Source of the DNA: Methanocalculus sp.
GTDB lineage: Archaea; Halobacteriota; Methanomicrobia; Methanomicrobiales; Methanocorpusculaceae
Direction: 5' to 3' (one strand)
DNA length: 64,000 bases
NCBI RefSeq assembly: GCF_013329165.1
Contig: NZ_DUKV01000039.1
The notes under the pieces were generated by a model, which made no database searches, was not told the DNA's origin, and saw only the letters and a list, made by a program, of their open reading frames with translations. Below are positions 48,160-57,980 of this stretch, piece by piece. A program made the position numbers and the translations under genes. Within the stretch, counting starts at the first letter, position 1, and every line of letters begins with the position of its first letter.

Positions 48160-49989
48160 TCAAATCACCTTCTCTATCGATCGCTTTAATATATCTGCAA
48201 CGATCTGGCCATCTATCCTGCCCCGGACCTCTTTCATCACGACCCCCATTACAGGCCCAAGCGCCGCCATTCCACGGTCCCTGATGAATTCTGCTCTTTC
48301 GGTAACAATCTCCTCGATCAGGCATTCCAGATCCTTGACAGAGAATGTCGGTCCTACTGACAAAATTGCCTCTTCGAGTGATGCTCCCCCGGCAAGGGCA
48401 CGGAGGATATCTGGCAGGGCTTCCTTTGCCACCTCCCCTTTATTGACGCGTACGAGGAGCAGAATGAGCATCTCATCAGGTACTCTTCCACAGTCCACGC
48501 CATCGCGGGATAGCTCCCGCAGGGTTGAGATGAGGGTACGCGCAGCTAATGCAGGTTTTATCCCGGCTGCAATCGCCTTCTCGAAGGTCGGAAGCCGGTC
48601 TGAGTATGCAATATGGCGGGCAAGCGCGCCATCAATGCCGAGCTCCTCTGTGAAGCGTGCCGCAACATCGGTCAACAGTTCCGGGAGCTTGATTGCATCC
48701 ATCATCTCCTCAGTGATCTCAACAGGAAGCACGTCCGTCTCGGGGTACATCCGTGCTGCTCCGGGGAGCGGCCGCATATATGCCGAACATCCTTCAGGAA
48801 GCATCTTCCGGGTCTCTTCAGGAATCCCTTCAAGTGCCATCCCTGCACGCTTCAGTGCCTGTCTGATGGCACATGAAGCCTGCTCTTCTGTTCCTGAGAC
48901 GATGATCACACAGTCGCCATCATCTGCCAGCATCCGCTCCCTCAGGGCAGCAACCTCTTCTTCAGTGACGCCGTATGCGGGCAGCTCATCGGTATGGAAC
49001 AGGCCGCCGACGCCGCATTTCTTTGCATAATCTGACATCTCGCTTCCAAGGCGGCGTCCTGGCTGGATCTCCCGCCCGACGATCCCGGCAAATCCTTTCA
49101 GGGTCGCAGCCATGATGCAAGGCGCCTTCTTCAGTACTTTCGATTTCGTGGATGAGAAGAGATCGGTGACATCAATCTTCCCCCGGGGCACCTCGGCACT
49201 CCGGCTCCGCAGTTCCTCCCTGATCGCAAGCAGGCTCACCTGCCGCTCCACTTCACGGGAGACAACCTCCGGAATGAGGTCAAGCTCCTGCACCCCCTTG
49301 ATCTCGACACGGGCTCCATCCCTGATTGAGATATTCACATCCTGCCGGATCGTTCCAAGACCGCGCTTCACTTTCCGGGTCGATCTGAGGATCATGCCGA
49401 TATATTCTGCGATCTCCTTCACTTCTTCCGGGGTATGCATGCAGGGGGCGGTAGTGATCTCAACAAGCGGTATACCAAGCCTGTCAAGTGAGAATGTCTT
49501 GTCAGTCACTCTCTGGGCTGCTTCCTCCTCAAGGCAGATCGACTCAATCGCGCAGTCACCGCCTGCAATCCCGTTCATGGCAACCAGCGCCGTCCTCTGG
49601 AAGCCGGTGGTGTTTGACCCGTCGATCACCATCTTCCGCATCGTATGCACCTGCGAGATTGGGGTCATCAAGAGCATCTTTGCGATGGTGAGGGTGATCT
49701 GAAGGGCTTCCGGATTCATCGGTGTTGGCGGCTCATCATCATTCTCGACAAGGCAGGTGGTATCGTAGGCATAGTATGAGAAGAAGCGCATCTGTTTCAT
49801 CTCTTCTTCTGCCGCACGGTCGATGCCACCCATCTCCGAGACCGTCGCCCTCAGGTACCGGCGGATCTCACCGTTTCTCTCATCAATATTCCTGAGAATG
49901 GTCGGACACCGGCAGTAGAGCTTTTCAGCTGTGTCAAGCTGCTGGTGAATCTCGATCCCTGCGGTCAGGCCGAGTACCTTATAATCCAT
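48160..49989 (-). CDS. gatE: Glu-tRNA(Gln) amidotransferase subunit E
   Basis: GIEIHQQL, IDGSNTTGFQRT, LEEEAA, LDRLGIPLVEI, RMYPETD. Confidence 0.95.
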   Translation of the reverse strand: MDYKVLGLTAGIEIHQQLDTAEKLYCRCPTILRNIDERNGEIRRYLRATVSEMGGIDRAAEEEMKQMRFFSYYAYDTTCLVENDDEPPTPMNPEALQITLTIAKMLLMTPISQVHTMRKMVIDGSNTTGFQRTALVAMNGIAGGDCAIESICLEEEAAQRVTDKTFSLDRLGIPLVEITTAPCMHTPEEVKEIAEYIGMILRSTRKVKRGLGTIRQDVNISIRDGARVEIKGVQELDLIPEVVSREVERQVSLLAIREELRSRSAEVPRGKIDVTDLFSSTKSKVLKKAPCIMAATLKGFAGIVGREIQPGRRLGSEMSDYAKKCGVGGLFHTDELPAYGVTEEEVAALRERMLADDGDCVIIVSGTEEQASCAIRQALKRAGMALEGIPEETRKMLPEGCSAYMRPLPGAARMYPETDVLPVEITEEMMDAIKLPELLTDVAARFTEELGIDGALARHIAYSDRLPTFEKAIAAGIKPALAARTLISTLRELSRDGVDCGRVPDEMLILLLVRVNKGEVAKEALPDILRALAGGASLEEAILSVGPTFSVKDLECLIEEIVTERAEFIRDRGMAALGPVMGVVMKEVRGRIDGQIVADILKRSIEKVI

Positions 49990-51205
49990 ACACAGACCTC
50001 CGTATAATTTCACCCTTCAGATTCTCCTGCATCAGCCGCCGGATCTCTCCGGTTTCATCTGTCTGCCCGAGAACCCACATCAGTTTAACAAGCGCAGTCT
50101 CCGGGAGCATGTCTTCTCCTTCAATAACACCGGCCCTGAGGAGATCGCGTCCGGTATCATAGACCCGGTCGCAGACTCTTCCTTGGAGGCATTGCGTTGT
50201 CATCACGATTGTTGTTCCATTGCAGACAAGCTCACGTATCCTCTCCATAAGCACAGTTCCGACATGGCCAAGCCCGGTTCCCGCGATGACTAGTCCCCTG
50301 CAGGATGCATATGCATCCAGAATTGCCGGATCCATTCCGGGATAGTAAGAGATAAGAGCACACTTCTCCTCCATTGCATCCCTGAGAGTCAGCACCTGAT
50401 CCCCTCTCCCTATGGCATCTGCCTGCAGCGATATCTCCAGATCCGGGTAGGTTATCCTTCCAATCGGTTCTGTTCCGATACTCTGGAATGCATCCCGGCG
50501 CGATGTATGCATCTTTCGTACCCTTGTCGCCCGGTGAACAGCACAATAATCGTCATTGACGGTACCATGCATGCAGATGGCGACCTCGCCCAGGTTCGCA
50601 GATGCAACAGCAGCACTACAGAGTGCATTCATCACATTGTCGCTGCTCGGGCGGTCGGCTGATCGCTGGGAACCGACGAAGATGATGGGAACCGGCGTAT
50701 CAAGCATAAAACTGATCGCAGATGCCGAATATGCCATCGTATCGGTTCCATGAGTGACGATGACACCCCGGGCACCTGCCTGAATCTCATCATAGATGCA
50801 ACGTGCAAGCTCAATCCACATTGAGGGTTTCATATTTTCAGAGAGGATCGAGAATGGCTGTCTGGTTCGGAAACGCCCGATTGTAGCAAGCCGGGGAATC
50901 GCAGAGATGATCTCATCTGCGGTTGATCTGCTTGTTACCGCCCCCGTCCGGTAGTCCACACGGGAAGCGATGGTTCCTCCGGTTGAAATGATTGCAAGCT
51001 CTGGTAATTTCGAATCCTGAACTACAGGCGGTTCGAATCCTTTTCTCTCTTCCCCATCCCTGATATGCCTGACTTCAGAGATGGGCACCCCGATATTATA
51101 CCCTGAGGAGAGTTTCAGGACAGCCCTCTCATCCCGTTCTGTGATATACACAGCCTCAAGCATCTTCCCCCCAATGGTGCAGGAAACAAGATCTCCGGTC
51201 TTCAT
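49979..51205 (-). CDS. gatD: Glu-tRNA(Gln) amidotransferase subunit D
   Basis: TGGTIASRVDY, HGTDTM, SQRSADRPSSD, KMHTSRRDAF, GTGLGH. Confidence 0.95.
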   Translation of the reverse strand: MKTGDLVSCTIGGKMLEAVYITERDERAVLKLSSGYNIGVPISEVRHIRDGEERKGFEPPVVQDSKLPELAIISTGGTIASRVDYRTGAVTSRSTADEIISAIPRLATIGRFRTRQPFSILSENMKPSMWIELARCIYDEIQAGARGVIVTHGTDTMAYSASAISFMLDTPVPIIFVGSQRSADRPSSDNVMNALCSAAVASANLGEVAICMHGTVNDDYCAVHRATRVRKMHTSRRDAFQSIGTEPIGRITYPDLEISLQADAIGRGDQVLTLRDAMEEKCALISYYPGMDPAILDAYASCRGLVIAGTGLGHVGTVLMERIRELVCNGTTIVMTTQCLQGRVCDRVYDTGRDLLRAGVIEGEDMLPETALVKLMWVLGQTDETGEIRRLMQENLKGEIIRRSVYGL

Positions 51206-52683
51206 GCTTCAATAAGCCCCCGTATCATGGAGACAAGCTCATCTTCAGCATCCTGTAAAGCTCTTCTCTGCATCTGCATCGTCTCATTATGATCTTTCAG
51301 AATACCTGAGCGTATCCGTATCGCATCACAGATAACCTCTTCTGCAGGTCCTCCGGCAACCTTCTTCGCGGCAACTACGAGGCCGGGATCGAGTGCATCT
51401 CGAATTCGATCTTCCGTTAGCCCCATCTCCTGAAGAGAGATGCCCGAGATCTCTTTACCAGCTCTTTCGATTACCGTCAGGGTGATCTCTTTCGAGCGGA
51501 CAGCCCGGCCGACAATGTTGTGTGCTGTTCTGAATGGAAGCCCAAACTCACGCACAAGTGTATCGGCAAGCTCGGTTGCGGTTGAAAAGCCCCGGTCACT
51601 CTCACGATACATCCTTTCAACATTGAATACTGCCGTATCCATCATTCCTGCAAGAATCTCCATGCTTGCAGCGGTATGGGAGATCCCATTCCAGAGATGT
51701 GGTGTCAGGGTCTGGAGATCGCGGTTATAGCTCATGGGGAGACCCTTCATACAGACGAGTGCGGATTGGAATGCCCCTGCGACTGTTCCGGCGTGCCCGC
51801 GCATAATCTCGGCACAGTCCGGGTTCTTTTTCTGCGGCATGATCGAACTGGTCGAGCAGTATATGTCATCAAGCTCGACAAATTCTACAAAGGCACTGCT
51901 CCAGAGGATCAGCTCTTCGCAGAGCCTGCTTGCATCTGCCATCAGAATGGTGAGGGTTGAGAGCATCTCAAGTGCAAAATCCCTCCCTGATACTGCATCC
52001 ATCGAGTTGCCAAGGATGCTGTTGAACCCAAGCAGCCGACAGGTCATCTCACGATCGATCGGGAAACCAGTCGAGGCAAATGCGGCGGATCCAAGTGGCG
52101 ATCGGTTCACACGGGCAAAGGTTTCGAGAAGTCGCTCTGCACTCCTGGAGAACGCTTCTTCATATGCAAGGAGATGGTGGGCGAGTGTTGTCGGCTGTGC
52201 ATGCTGGAGGTGGGTGAATCCCGGCATAACTGTTCCTGTGTGCTCATCTGCTCGCCGGATGAGAACCTCCCTGAGTGTGGCAACTGATGTCAGGATCTCC
52301 AGAATATCCTCACGCACCCTGATCCTGAGGCAGGTGGCCACTTCATCGTTTCGTGAGCGTGCAAGGTGAAGCCGTCCACCGGAATCGATACCGGCTTTTG
52401 CAATCAACTCCCCCTCTATTCCCGCATGGATATCTTCAAAACGCTCATCGAATGCTTCATCCGGGATACCTTCGGTATACATTCTGTGAAGGGCTGTTGC
52501 AATCTTCTGTGCATGCTCTTTTGCTATCAGCCCCTGCCGGTTCAGCATCACCAGGTGAGCCATATCCACCCGGAGATCCGGTGAGGCGATCCTCCGGTCA
52601 GCTTCCATCGATGAGAGGTATCGGGCAATGAGTGTGTTCCGCTCCCCGGTAAGCCTCCCTTCCCGTATCTGGTCGTGTCGCAT
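51202..52683 (-). CDS. argH: Argininosuccinate lyase
   Basis: RSRNDEV, PGFTHLQHAQP, SSIMPQKKNPD, YNRDLQ. Confidence 0.95.
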   Translation of the reverse strand: MRHDQIREGRLTGERNTLIARYLSSMEADRRIASPDLRVDMAHLVMLNRQGLIAKEHAQKIATALHRMYTEGIPDEAFDERFEDIHAGIEGELIAKAGIDSGGRLHLARSRNDEVATCLRIRVREDILEILTSVATLREVLIRRADEHTGTVMPGFTHLQHAQPTTLAHHLLAYEEAFSRSAERLLETFARVNRSPLGSAAFASTGFPIDREMTCRLLGFNSILGNSMDAVSGRDFALEMLSTLTILMADASRLCEELILWSSAFVEFVELDDIYCSTSSIMPQKKNPDCAEIMRGHAGTVAGAFQSALVCMKGLPMSYNRDLQTLTPHLWNGISHTAASMEILAGMMDTAVFNVERMYRESDRGFSTATELADTLVREFGLPFRTAHNIVGRAVRSKEITLTVIERAGKEISGISLQEMGLTEDRIRDALDPGLVVAAKKVAGGPAEEVICDAIRIRSGILKDHNETMQMQRRALQDAEDELVSMIRGLIEA

Positions 52684-52881
52684 CCTCTTCCTCTTCAGGT
52701 ATGATGGTACCTGAAAACTGATTATCTCTTCGTAGAAATTGATTCTATTCGGGAAGGGGTGTGGTAATCTTCTTCAGAAAAAGATTCTCGTTTTGTAGAA
52801 TTTTTGGGCAAAAGATCTCTATTACGTCTACAAAATTCCGAAATCCAATAGATTATATAGTCTACCTCACCATTCCTACTT

Positions 52882-54102
52882 ATGAAAATGAAGGTGTTAG
52901 GGTGTATCATAACTCTTCTTGCACTTGCCCTGTTGGTTGCGGGGTGCGTCACAGAAGAAGTACCGGTAACTCCCCCTGATGGTATGCAGAGTGAAGTAGG
53001 TATCATGTATACGGCAACCGGGCAGATGCCTGTATTGCTCTCGACCGGCCAGATCGACGGCTACATGGTATGGCAACCCTTCGTCTCTGTAGCTGAGGTT
53101 TCGGGTATTGGAACTGTTGTCAGCTACTCCCAGGATCTTCCGCCAGCAGGTACCTGGACAGATCACACTTGTGATGCCCTGTCTGCACGCGAGGATTTCA
53201 TGGCAGCAAACCCTGATCTTGTGAATGCATTTGCTGCACTCCTTATTCTCTCAGGTAACTACGTCCAGGAGAACCCTGATCGTGCCGCTGAGGTCTCCGC
53301 CAACTGGCTCTTTGGTGGCGGGACTATGACCTTTGGTGATGTCAAGGTCAATTCAAAGGATGTTCTTGCCCATTCGATACCAACAATCCGGTTCTCAACC
53401 GAGCCCTCTGAAGAGTGGCTCAAGAGCAATGATCGCTTCATCGAAGCGCTCCGCGAGATCGGCTATCTGACAGGAAGCCTTAAGGATGCCTCAACTGCCG
53501 ACGTACGTGCCACACTCTATGACTTCTCTCATTACGAAGCTGCGCGGGCGATGGTTGATGCAGGCGAGATCACAACTCCTGACAAGCTGACACGTCCAGT
53601 CTCCCTCGGGTACCTTCCATCTGATCATGATGCGCCCCTCTTTGTTGCTATCAAAGACTGGGAATATTTCGATGAGAACTATGGGATTGCTCTGAAGCCC
53701 CGGTCAACTGCCCCGGGAAAGGTCGATGTTGCCGATTTAATCGTCAATGGGGAGACCATCGCCGAAGTCAGGCTCGTCCAGGGTGAAGGTGGTGCCCAGC
53801 TGATGACACTCATGGGAACCGACGCTATCCAGCTCTCCTATGCAGGCACCCCGCCAACAATCTCTGCGATTGACAAGGGAATGGCTATTAAGATCCTGCT
53901 TCCAACACAGAATGAAGGATCAGGCCTTGTTGTTGCGGCATCTGCTCCGGTCGATGACTGGGATTCATTCATCGCATGGGCTGATGCACGATCTGCTGAG
54001 GGTCGGCCACTGAAGATTGCCGCACCAATACGTGGCTCGATCCAGGATGTGCAGATAAAATATGCGCTCCAGGACAGTGGTGTGGTGGTGAAAGAAGTCT
54101 GA
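52882..54102 (+). CDS. NitT/TauT-type ABC substrate-binding lipoprotein (circularly permuted)
   Basis: Lipobox VAGC; GQIDGYMVWQPF near the N-terminus; LGYLPSDHDAPLFVA and GSIQD near the C-terminus. Confidence 0.8.
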   Translation: MKMKVLGCIITLLALALLVAGCVTEEVPVTPPDGMQSEVGIMYTATGQMPVLLSTGQIDGYMVWQPFVSVAEVSGIGTVVSYSQDLPPAGTWTDHTCDALSAREDFMAANPDLVNAFAALLILSGNYVQENPDRAAEVSANWLFGGGTMTFGDVKVNSKDVLAHSIPTIRFSTEPSEEWLKSNDRFIEALREIGYLTGSLKDASTADVRATLYDFSHYEAARAMVDAGEITTPDKLTRPVSLGYLPSDHDAPLFVAIKDWEYFDENYGIALKPRSTAPGKVDVADLIVNGETIAEVRLVQGEGGAQLMTLMGTDAIQLSYAGTPPTISAIDKGMAIKILLPTQNEGSGLVVAASAPVDDWDSFIAWADARSAEGRPLKIAAPIRGSIQDVQIKYALQDSGVVVKEV

Positions 54103-54863
54103 TGAGATGGTATCTAAAAGTATTACCTCCCTTTTTTCTTCTCCTTGCGTGGGAAGTTGCTGCAATTCTGATCAATAATTCATTCATTCTCCCGACACCG
54201 GCGTCTGTTGCTGCGGTCCTGCTGAGCCCAACAGCAGATATCCTTGGAAGCGGGAGTATCATCGATAATGCACTACTCTCTGTCTGGAGAGTTCTGCTGG
54301 GTTTTGGATTGGCGGTTCTCTGTGCAGTTCCGATTGGGATTATTATCGGGCGTTACCGTACTGTCGAAGAGCTGGTAAACCCGATCATCCAGCTCCTCCG
54401 CCCGATCCCTCCGCTTGCATGGATTCCCTTAGCGTTAGCCTGGTTTAAGATTGGTCTTCTCTCAATCGTCTTCATCATCTTCATCGGGTCATTCTTCCCG
54501 ATTCTGATCAATAGCATAGACGGTGTACGGAGGGTGAACCGGACTTGGATCGAGACTGCGGCGATCTATGGTGCAAAAGGATGGAAACTCCTTGCCTATG
54601 TGATCCTGCCGGCTGCTGCCCCTGCAATCTGGACCGGTCTTCGGGTTGGGTTTGGGATTGCCTGGATGTGTGTTGTTGCAGCTGAGATGCTCCCGGGCAC
54701 CACCTCAGGTATCGGGTACCTGATCATGTACTCATACAACTGGGGGCAGGTGCAGGTGATCATCGCCGGTATGATCGTCATCGGCATCATCGGAATTGCG
54801 GTTGATATTCTCTTCCGTGAAGTTGAGAAGCGGAAGTTCCAGTGGCAGGAGATGAACAGATGA
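54102..54863 (+). CDS. NitT/TauT-type ABC permease
   Basis: RPIPPLAWIP, GLRVGFGIAWMCVVAAE. Confidence 0.9.
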   Translation: MRWYLKVLPPFFLLLAWEVAAILINNSFILPTPASVAAVLLSPTADILGSGSIIDNALLSVWRVLLGFGLAVLCAVPIGIIIGRYRTVEELVNPIIQLLRPIPPLAWIPLALAWFKIGLLSIVFIIFIGSFFPILINSIDGVRRVNRTWIETAAIYGAKGWKLLAYVILPAAAPAIWTGLRVGFGIAWMCVVAAEMLPGTTSGIGYLIMYSYNWGQVQVIIAGMIVIGIIGIAVDILFREVEKRKFQWQEMNR

Positions 54864-55618
54864 CTGTAGTCCTGAGGAATGTCAGCAAAACCTTTACAGC
54901 GCGACAGAATGAGCCTCTCACTGCCCTTCAGGATATCTCTGCCGAGGTCTCAAACGGTGAGTTTCTCTGCATCCTCGGCCCCTCGGGGTGTGGGAAGACC
55001 ACCCTTCTCCGGATGATCGGCGGTCTTGATCATCCGACATCGGGGGAGATTGAGGTTGAGGGGACTCCGGTCACCGGCCCTGATCCGCGGCTTGCCATGA
55101 TCTTTCAGGAATATTCGCTCTATCCCTGGCGAACCGTCCGGGCAAATGTGGGCTTCGGCCTGCAGATGCGCGGGATGCCACATGAAGAGCGCGAGGAGAT
55201 CGTAACCCGCTTCATCGGTCTTGTCGGTCTGGAAGGATTTGGTGATAGTTACCCGTATGAACTCTCTGGAGGTATGCGGCAGCGTGTAGCAGTCGCACGG
55301 GCGCTGGCAACCGATCCTGCTGTCCTCCTGATGGATGAGCCATTTGGCGCCCTCGATGCGCAGACACGAAACCGGATGCAGAAAGAGCTCCTCCTGATCT
55401 GGGAGAAGACGAAGAAGACGGTTATCTTTGTAACGCATAGCGTGGATGAAGCGGTCTATTTAGCCGATCGGATCATGGTACTCTCCCCACGACCGGGGCG
55501 GATAGCCGGGATCTATGATGTTGATATCCCCCGCCCCCGCGACAGAACCAGTATCGAGTTTGCTGGCCTCCGCCGGGATGTGCTGGAATTGATTGATCGT
55601 CTCGAGGACGGCCAATAA
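54860..55618 (+). CDS. NitT/TauT-type ABC ATPase
   Basis: GPSGCGKTT, LSGGMRQR, LMDEPFGALD, VTHSVDEA. Confidence 0.92.
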   Translation: MTVVLRNVSKTFTARQNEPLTALQDISAEVSNGEFLCILGPSGCGKTTLLRMIGGLDHPTSGEIEVEGTPVTGPDPRLAMIFQEYSLYPWRTVRANVGFGLQMRGMPHEEREEIVTRFIGLVGLEGFGDSYPYELSGGMRQRVAVARALATDPAVLLMDEPFGALDAQTRNRMQKELLLIWEKTKKTVIFVTHSVDEAVYLADRIMVLSPRPGRIAGIYDVDIPRPRDRTSIEFAGLRRDVLELIDRLEDGQ

Positions 55619-55678
55619 CTTTTATACCTCATACCATCCATTTTATTAAGCATATTTTCATAGCGAGGAGTTTTTTAC

Positions 55679-56185
55679 ATGGTACGAAAACCAGCAAAGA
55701 TGTACAGGGCCATTTCAAAGAAGGCATATACACGCAGGAAATATATGGGTGGTGTCCCGGGTCTGAAGATTGTCCAGTTTGATATGGGGAATCTGAAGGA
55801 AGAATTCCCGGTTGCCCTCCACCTTGAGGTGAAAGAGGCATGTCAGCTTCGTCACACAGCCCTTGAAGCTGCCCGTGTGAACATGAATCGTCGCCTTATG
55901 AAGGAAGTGGGCAGGAGCAACTTCCATATGAAGCTCCGTGTCTATCCCCATCATGTTCTCAGGGAGAACAAACAGGCAACCGGCGCAGGTGCAGACCGTG
56001 TTTCAGAAGGAATGCGCCTTGCATTTGGAAAGGCCGTCGGAACTGCGGCACGTGTACATGAAAGACAGCGTATCTTCACCATCTGGACATCCCCCCAGCA
56101 TGTTGAGAAAGCAAAGTATGCGCTTCTCCACGGCGGACACAAACTTCCAACACCTGTTTGTGTTGTCATCGAAGAGACGAACTAA
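55679..56185 (+). CDS. rpl10e: 50S ribosomal protein L10e (uL16)
   Basis: [32 protein letters not shown]. Confidence 0.95.
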   Translation: MVRKPAKMYRAISKKAYTRRKYMGGVPGLKIVQFDMGNLKEEFPVALHLEVKEACQLRHTALEAARVNMNRRLMKEVGRSNFHMKLRVYPHHVLRENKQATGAGADRVSEGMRLAFGKAVGTAARVHERQRIFTIWTSPQHVEKAKYALLHGGHKLPTPVCVVIEETN

Positions 56186-56198
56186 AACCATCAATATC

Positions 56199-56206
56199 TT
56201 TTTTTT
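56199..56206 (+). terminator. Candidate oligo-T terminator after rpl10e
   Basis: T8 tract 14 bp after the stop codon. Confidence 0.35.
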
Positions 56207-56255
56207 ACCTGCATATTTCACGAGTTTTATCACCTTTCGCAACTCATTAGGCGGT

Positions 56256-57095
56256 ATGAATGCCCGTGAAGAGCAGATGCTCCGAAAGGCCGTGTCGGAT
56301 GCGACTCTTGCCTGTATCCATGAGGCTGAGGTATTCCTTCCCCCGGATGTAAAGGCTGCAATTGCTGCTGCATACGATTCGGAAGCCGATCCGGTGGCCC
56401 GAGGGGAGCTTGCCAATATTCGCACCAATATATCCGAGGCCGAAAGACTGAATCTCCCTCTCTGCCAGGATACCGGAATTGCCGTCATCTATATGACGGT
56501 ACCCCATTGTTATCCCGTACATGAAGCAGACCTGAGGGAAGCTGTCTATGACGGGGTCAGGCGTGCAACCCTCTCTGTTCCTCTCAGGCCAAATGCAGTC
56601 GATCCGGTTTCACGGCAGAACAGTGGTGATAATACCGGTGTTGCAATCCCGCCGATCCATATTCGAGAAGGATCTGATCTCACCATCACTGTCCTTCCGA
56701 AAGGAGCAGGATCCGAGAATGTCTCACGGATCGGCATGCTCCTTCCTTCACAGGGAAATGAGATCCCTGCATTTATTGTTGAAACTGTGCTGCTGGCAGG
56801 CGGTCGGCCATGCCCTCCTGTTGTGGTCGGTGTTGGTATCGGAGGGACATTTGATCATGCTGCTGCTCTTGCAAAAGAGGCGCTCCTCCTCCCGATAGAT
56901 GTGATGGATACCTATGAAATGGAGATCTGTACTGCGATAAATAACCTTGGAATCGGTCCGATGGGGCTTGGGGGGAGTACAACTGCTCTTGCCGTGAAGG
57001 TGAAGAAGGCCCACTGCCATACCGCATCCCTTCCGGTTGCTGTAAATATCCAGTGCTGGGCATGCAGGCGGGCGACACGGAAGGTGAGTTTATGA
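56256..57095 (+). CDS. Class I fumarate hydratase, alpha subunit
   Basis: PLCQDTG, PKGAGSEN, CPP..VGVGIGG, GPMGLGG, HTASLPVAVNIQCWACR. Confidence 0.9.
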   Translation: MNAREEQMLRKAVSDATLACIHEAEVFLPPDVKAAIAAAYDSEADPVARGELANIRTNISEAERLNLPLCQDTGIAVIYMTVPHCYPVHEADLREAVYDGVRRATLSVPLRPNAVDPVSRQNSGDNTGVAIPPIHIREGSDLTITVLPKGAGSENVSRIGMLLPSQGNEIPAFIVETVLLAGGRPCPPVVVGVGIGGTFDHAAALAKEALLLPIDVMDTYEMEICTAINNLGIGPMGLGGSTTALAVKVKKAHCHTASLPVAVNIQCWACRRATRKVSL

Positions 57096-57640
57096 AGATC
57101 AAAACTCCACTTGGGGATGAGATTCTCGCTCTCAGGGCAGGAGATTCTGTTCTTTTATCAGGAACCATCTACACGGCACGGGATGAAGCCCATCTCAGAA
57201 TGATGAAAGAAAAAATCCCCTTTGATCCAAAGGGAGCGGCGATCTACCATTGCGGACCTGTAATCCAGGATGATCGGATCATCGCCGCAGGCCCGACCAC
57301 CTCTGCCCGGATGAACAGCCTGACAGGTTTCCTCCTCGATGCAGGTGTCCGTTGCCTGATTGGAAAAGGAGGAATGAGTGGGGAAGTCTCAAAATCCCTG
57401 AAGGGAAGGGCTATCTACCTTGCATTCACCGGAGGATGTGCGGCCCTTGCGGCATCCCACATGAAACTCACCGGTGTCTTCTATCCGGATCTTGGGATGG
57501 CCGAGGCGATCTGGGTGATCGAGGTCACCGATCTCCCGCTGGTTGTCGGCATTGATGCAGTCGGGGGCAACCTCTTCTCCAGGGTGGATGAAAGGGCACG
57601 GGAACGGTATGATGCATGGATCAGGGATCAGGTGCGATGA
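57092..57640 (+). CDS. Class I fumarate hydratase, beta subunit
   Basis: TARDEAH, YHCGP, GPTTSARM, IGKGG, LGMAEA. Confidence 0.9.
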   Translation: MKIKTPLGDEILALRAGDSVLLSGTIYTARDEAHLRMMKEKIPFDPKGAAIYHCGPVIQDDRIIAAGPTTSARMNSLTGFLLDAGVRCLIGKGGMSGEVSKSLKGRAIYLAFTGGCAALAASHMKLTGVFYPDLGMAEAIWVIEVTDLPLVVGIDAVGGNLFSRVDERARERYDAWIRDQVR

Positions 57641-57707
57641 TGAATGTATTGATACGCAAGTGCTTATTGAATAGCCGCACAATTCTATATGCGAGGGTTT
57701 CCATTGC

Positions 57708-57980
57708 ATGAAACTGGTTATCGATGATATACGGTGTAAAGGGTGCAACCTCTGCGTGATGGTCTGCCCATATAACATATTCCAGGAGGGGCAGAGGCCG
57801 AATAAGCGGGGTGTCTTTGTACCTGAGCTGGATCGACCCGGGCGGTGTACAAACTGCCGTCTCCAGCATCTGTACCAGCGACGCCTCTGTGGAGTATGTC
57901 AGATGATCTGCCCTGACCAGGCGATCAGATGGGTGCAGGAGGCGCCGTTCGAATCCCATAAGGTGGTGATCGAATATTGA
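57708..57980 (+). CDS. korD: 2-oxoglutarate:ferredoxin oxidoreductase delta subunit (2x[4Fe-4S])
   Basis: CKGCNLCVMVCP and CTNC...CGVCQMICP. Confidence 0.8.
   Translation: MKLVIDDIRCKGCNLCVMVCPYNIFQEGQRPNKRGVFVPELDRPGRCTNCRLQHLYQRRLCGVCQMICPDQAIRWVQEAPFESHKVVIEY

Noticed and set aside
48143-49030. Long antisense ORFs (e.g. 48143..49030, 51734..52369, 27268..27957, 25145..25744)
   Set aside because: They shadow well-supported genes on the opposite strand and have no recognisable motifs.
55938-56255. N-terminal extensions in track ORFs (55938 fumarate hydratase, 17270 DtxR, 13373 pilin, 47522 nitroreductase)
   Set aside because: They overlap neighbouring genes or promoters; family similarity begins at downstream ATGs.
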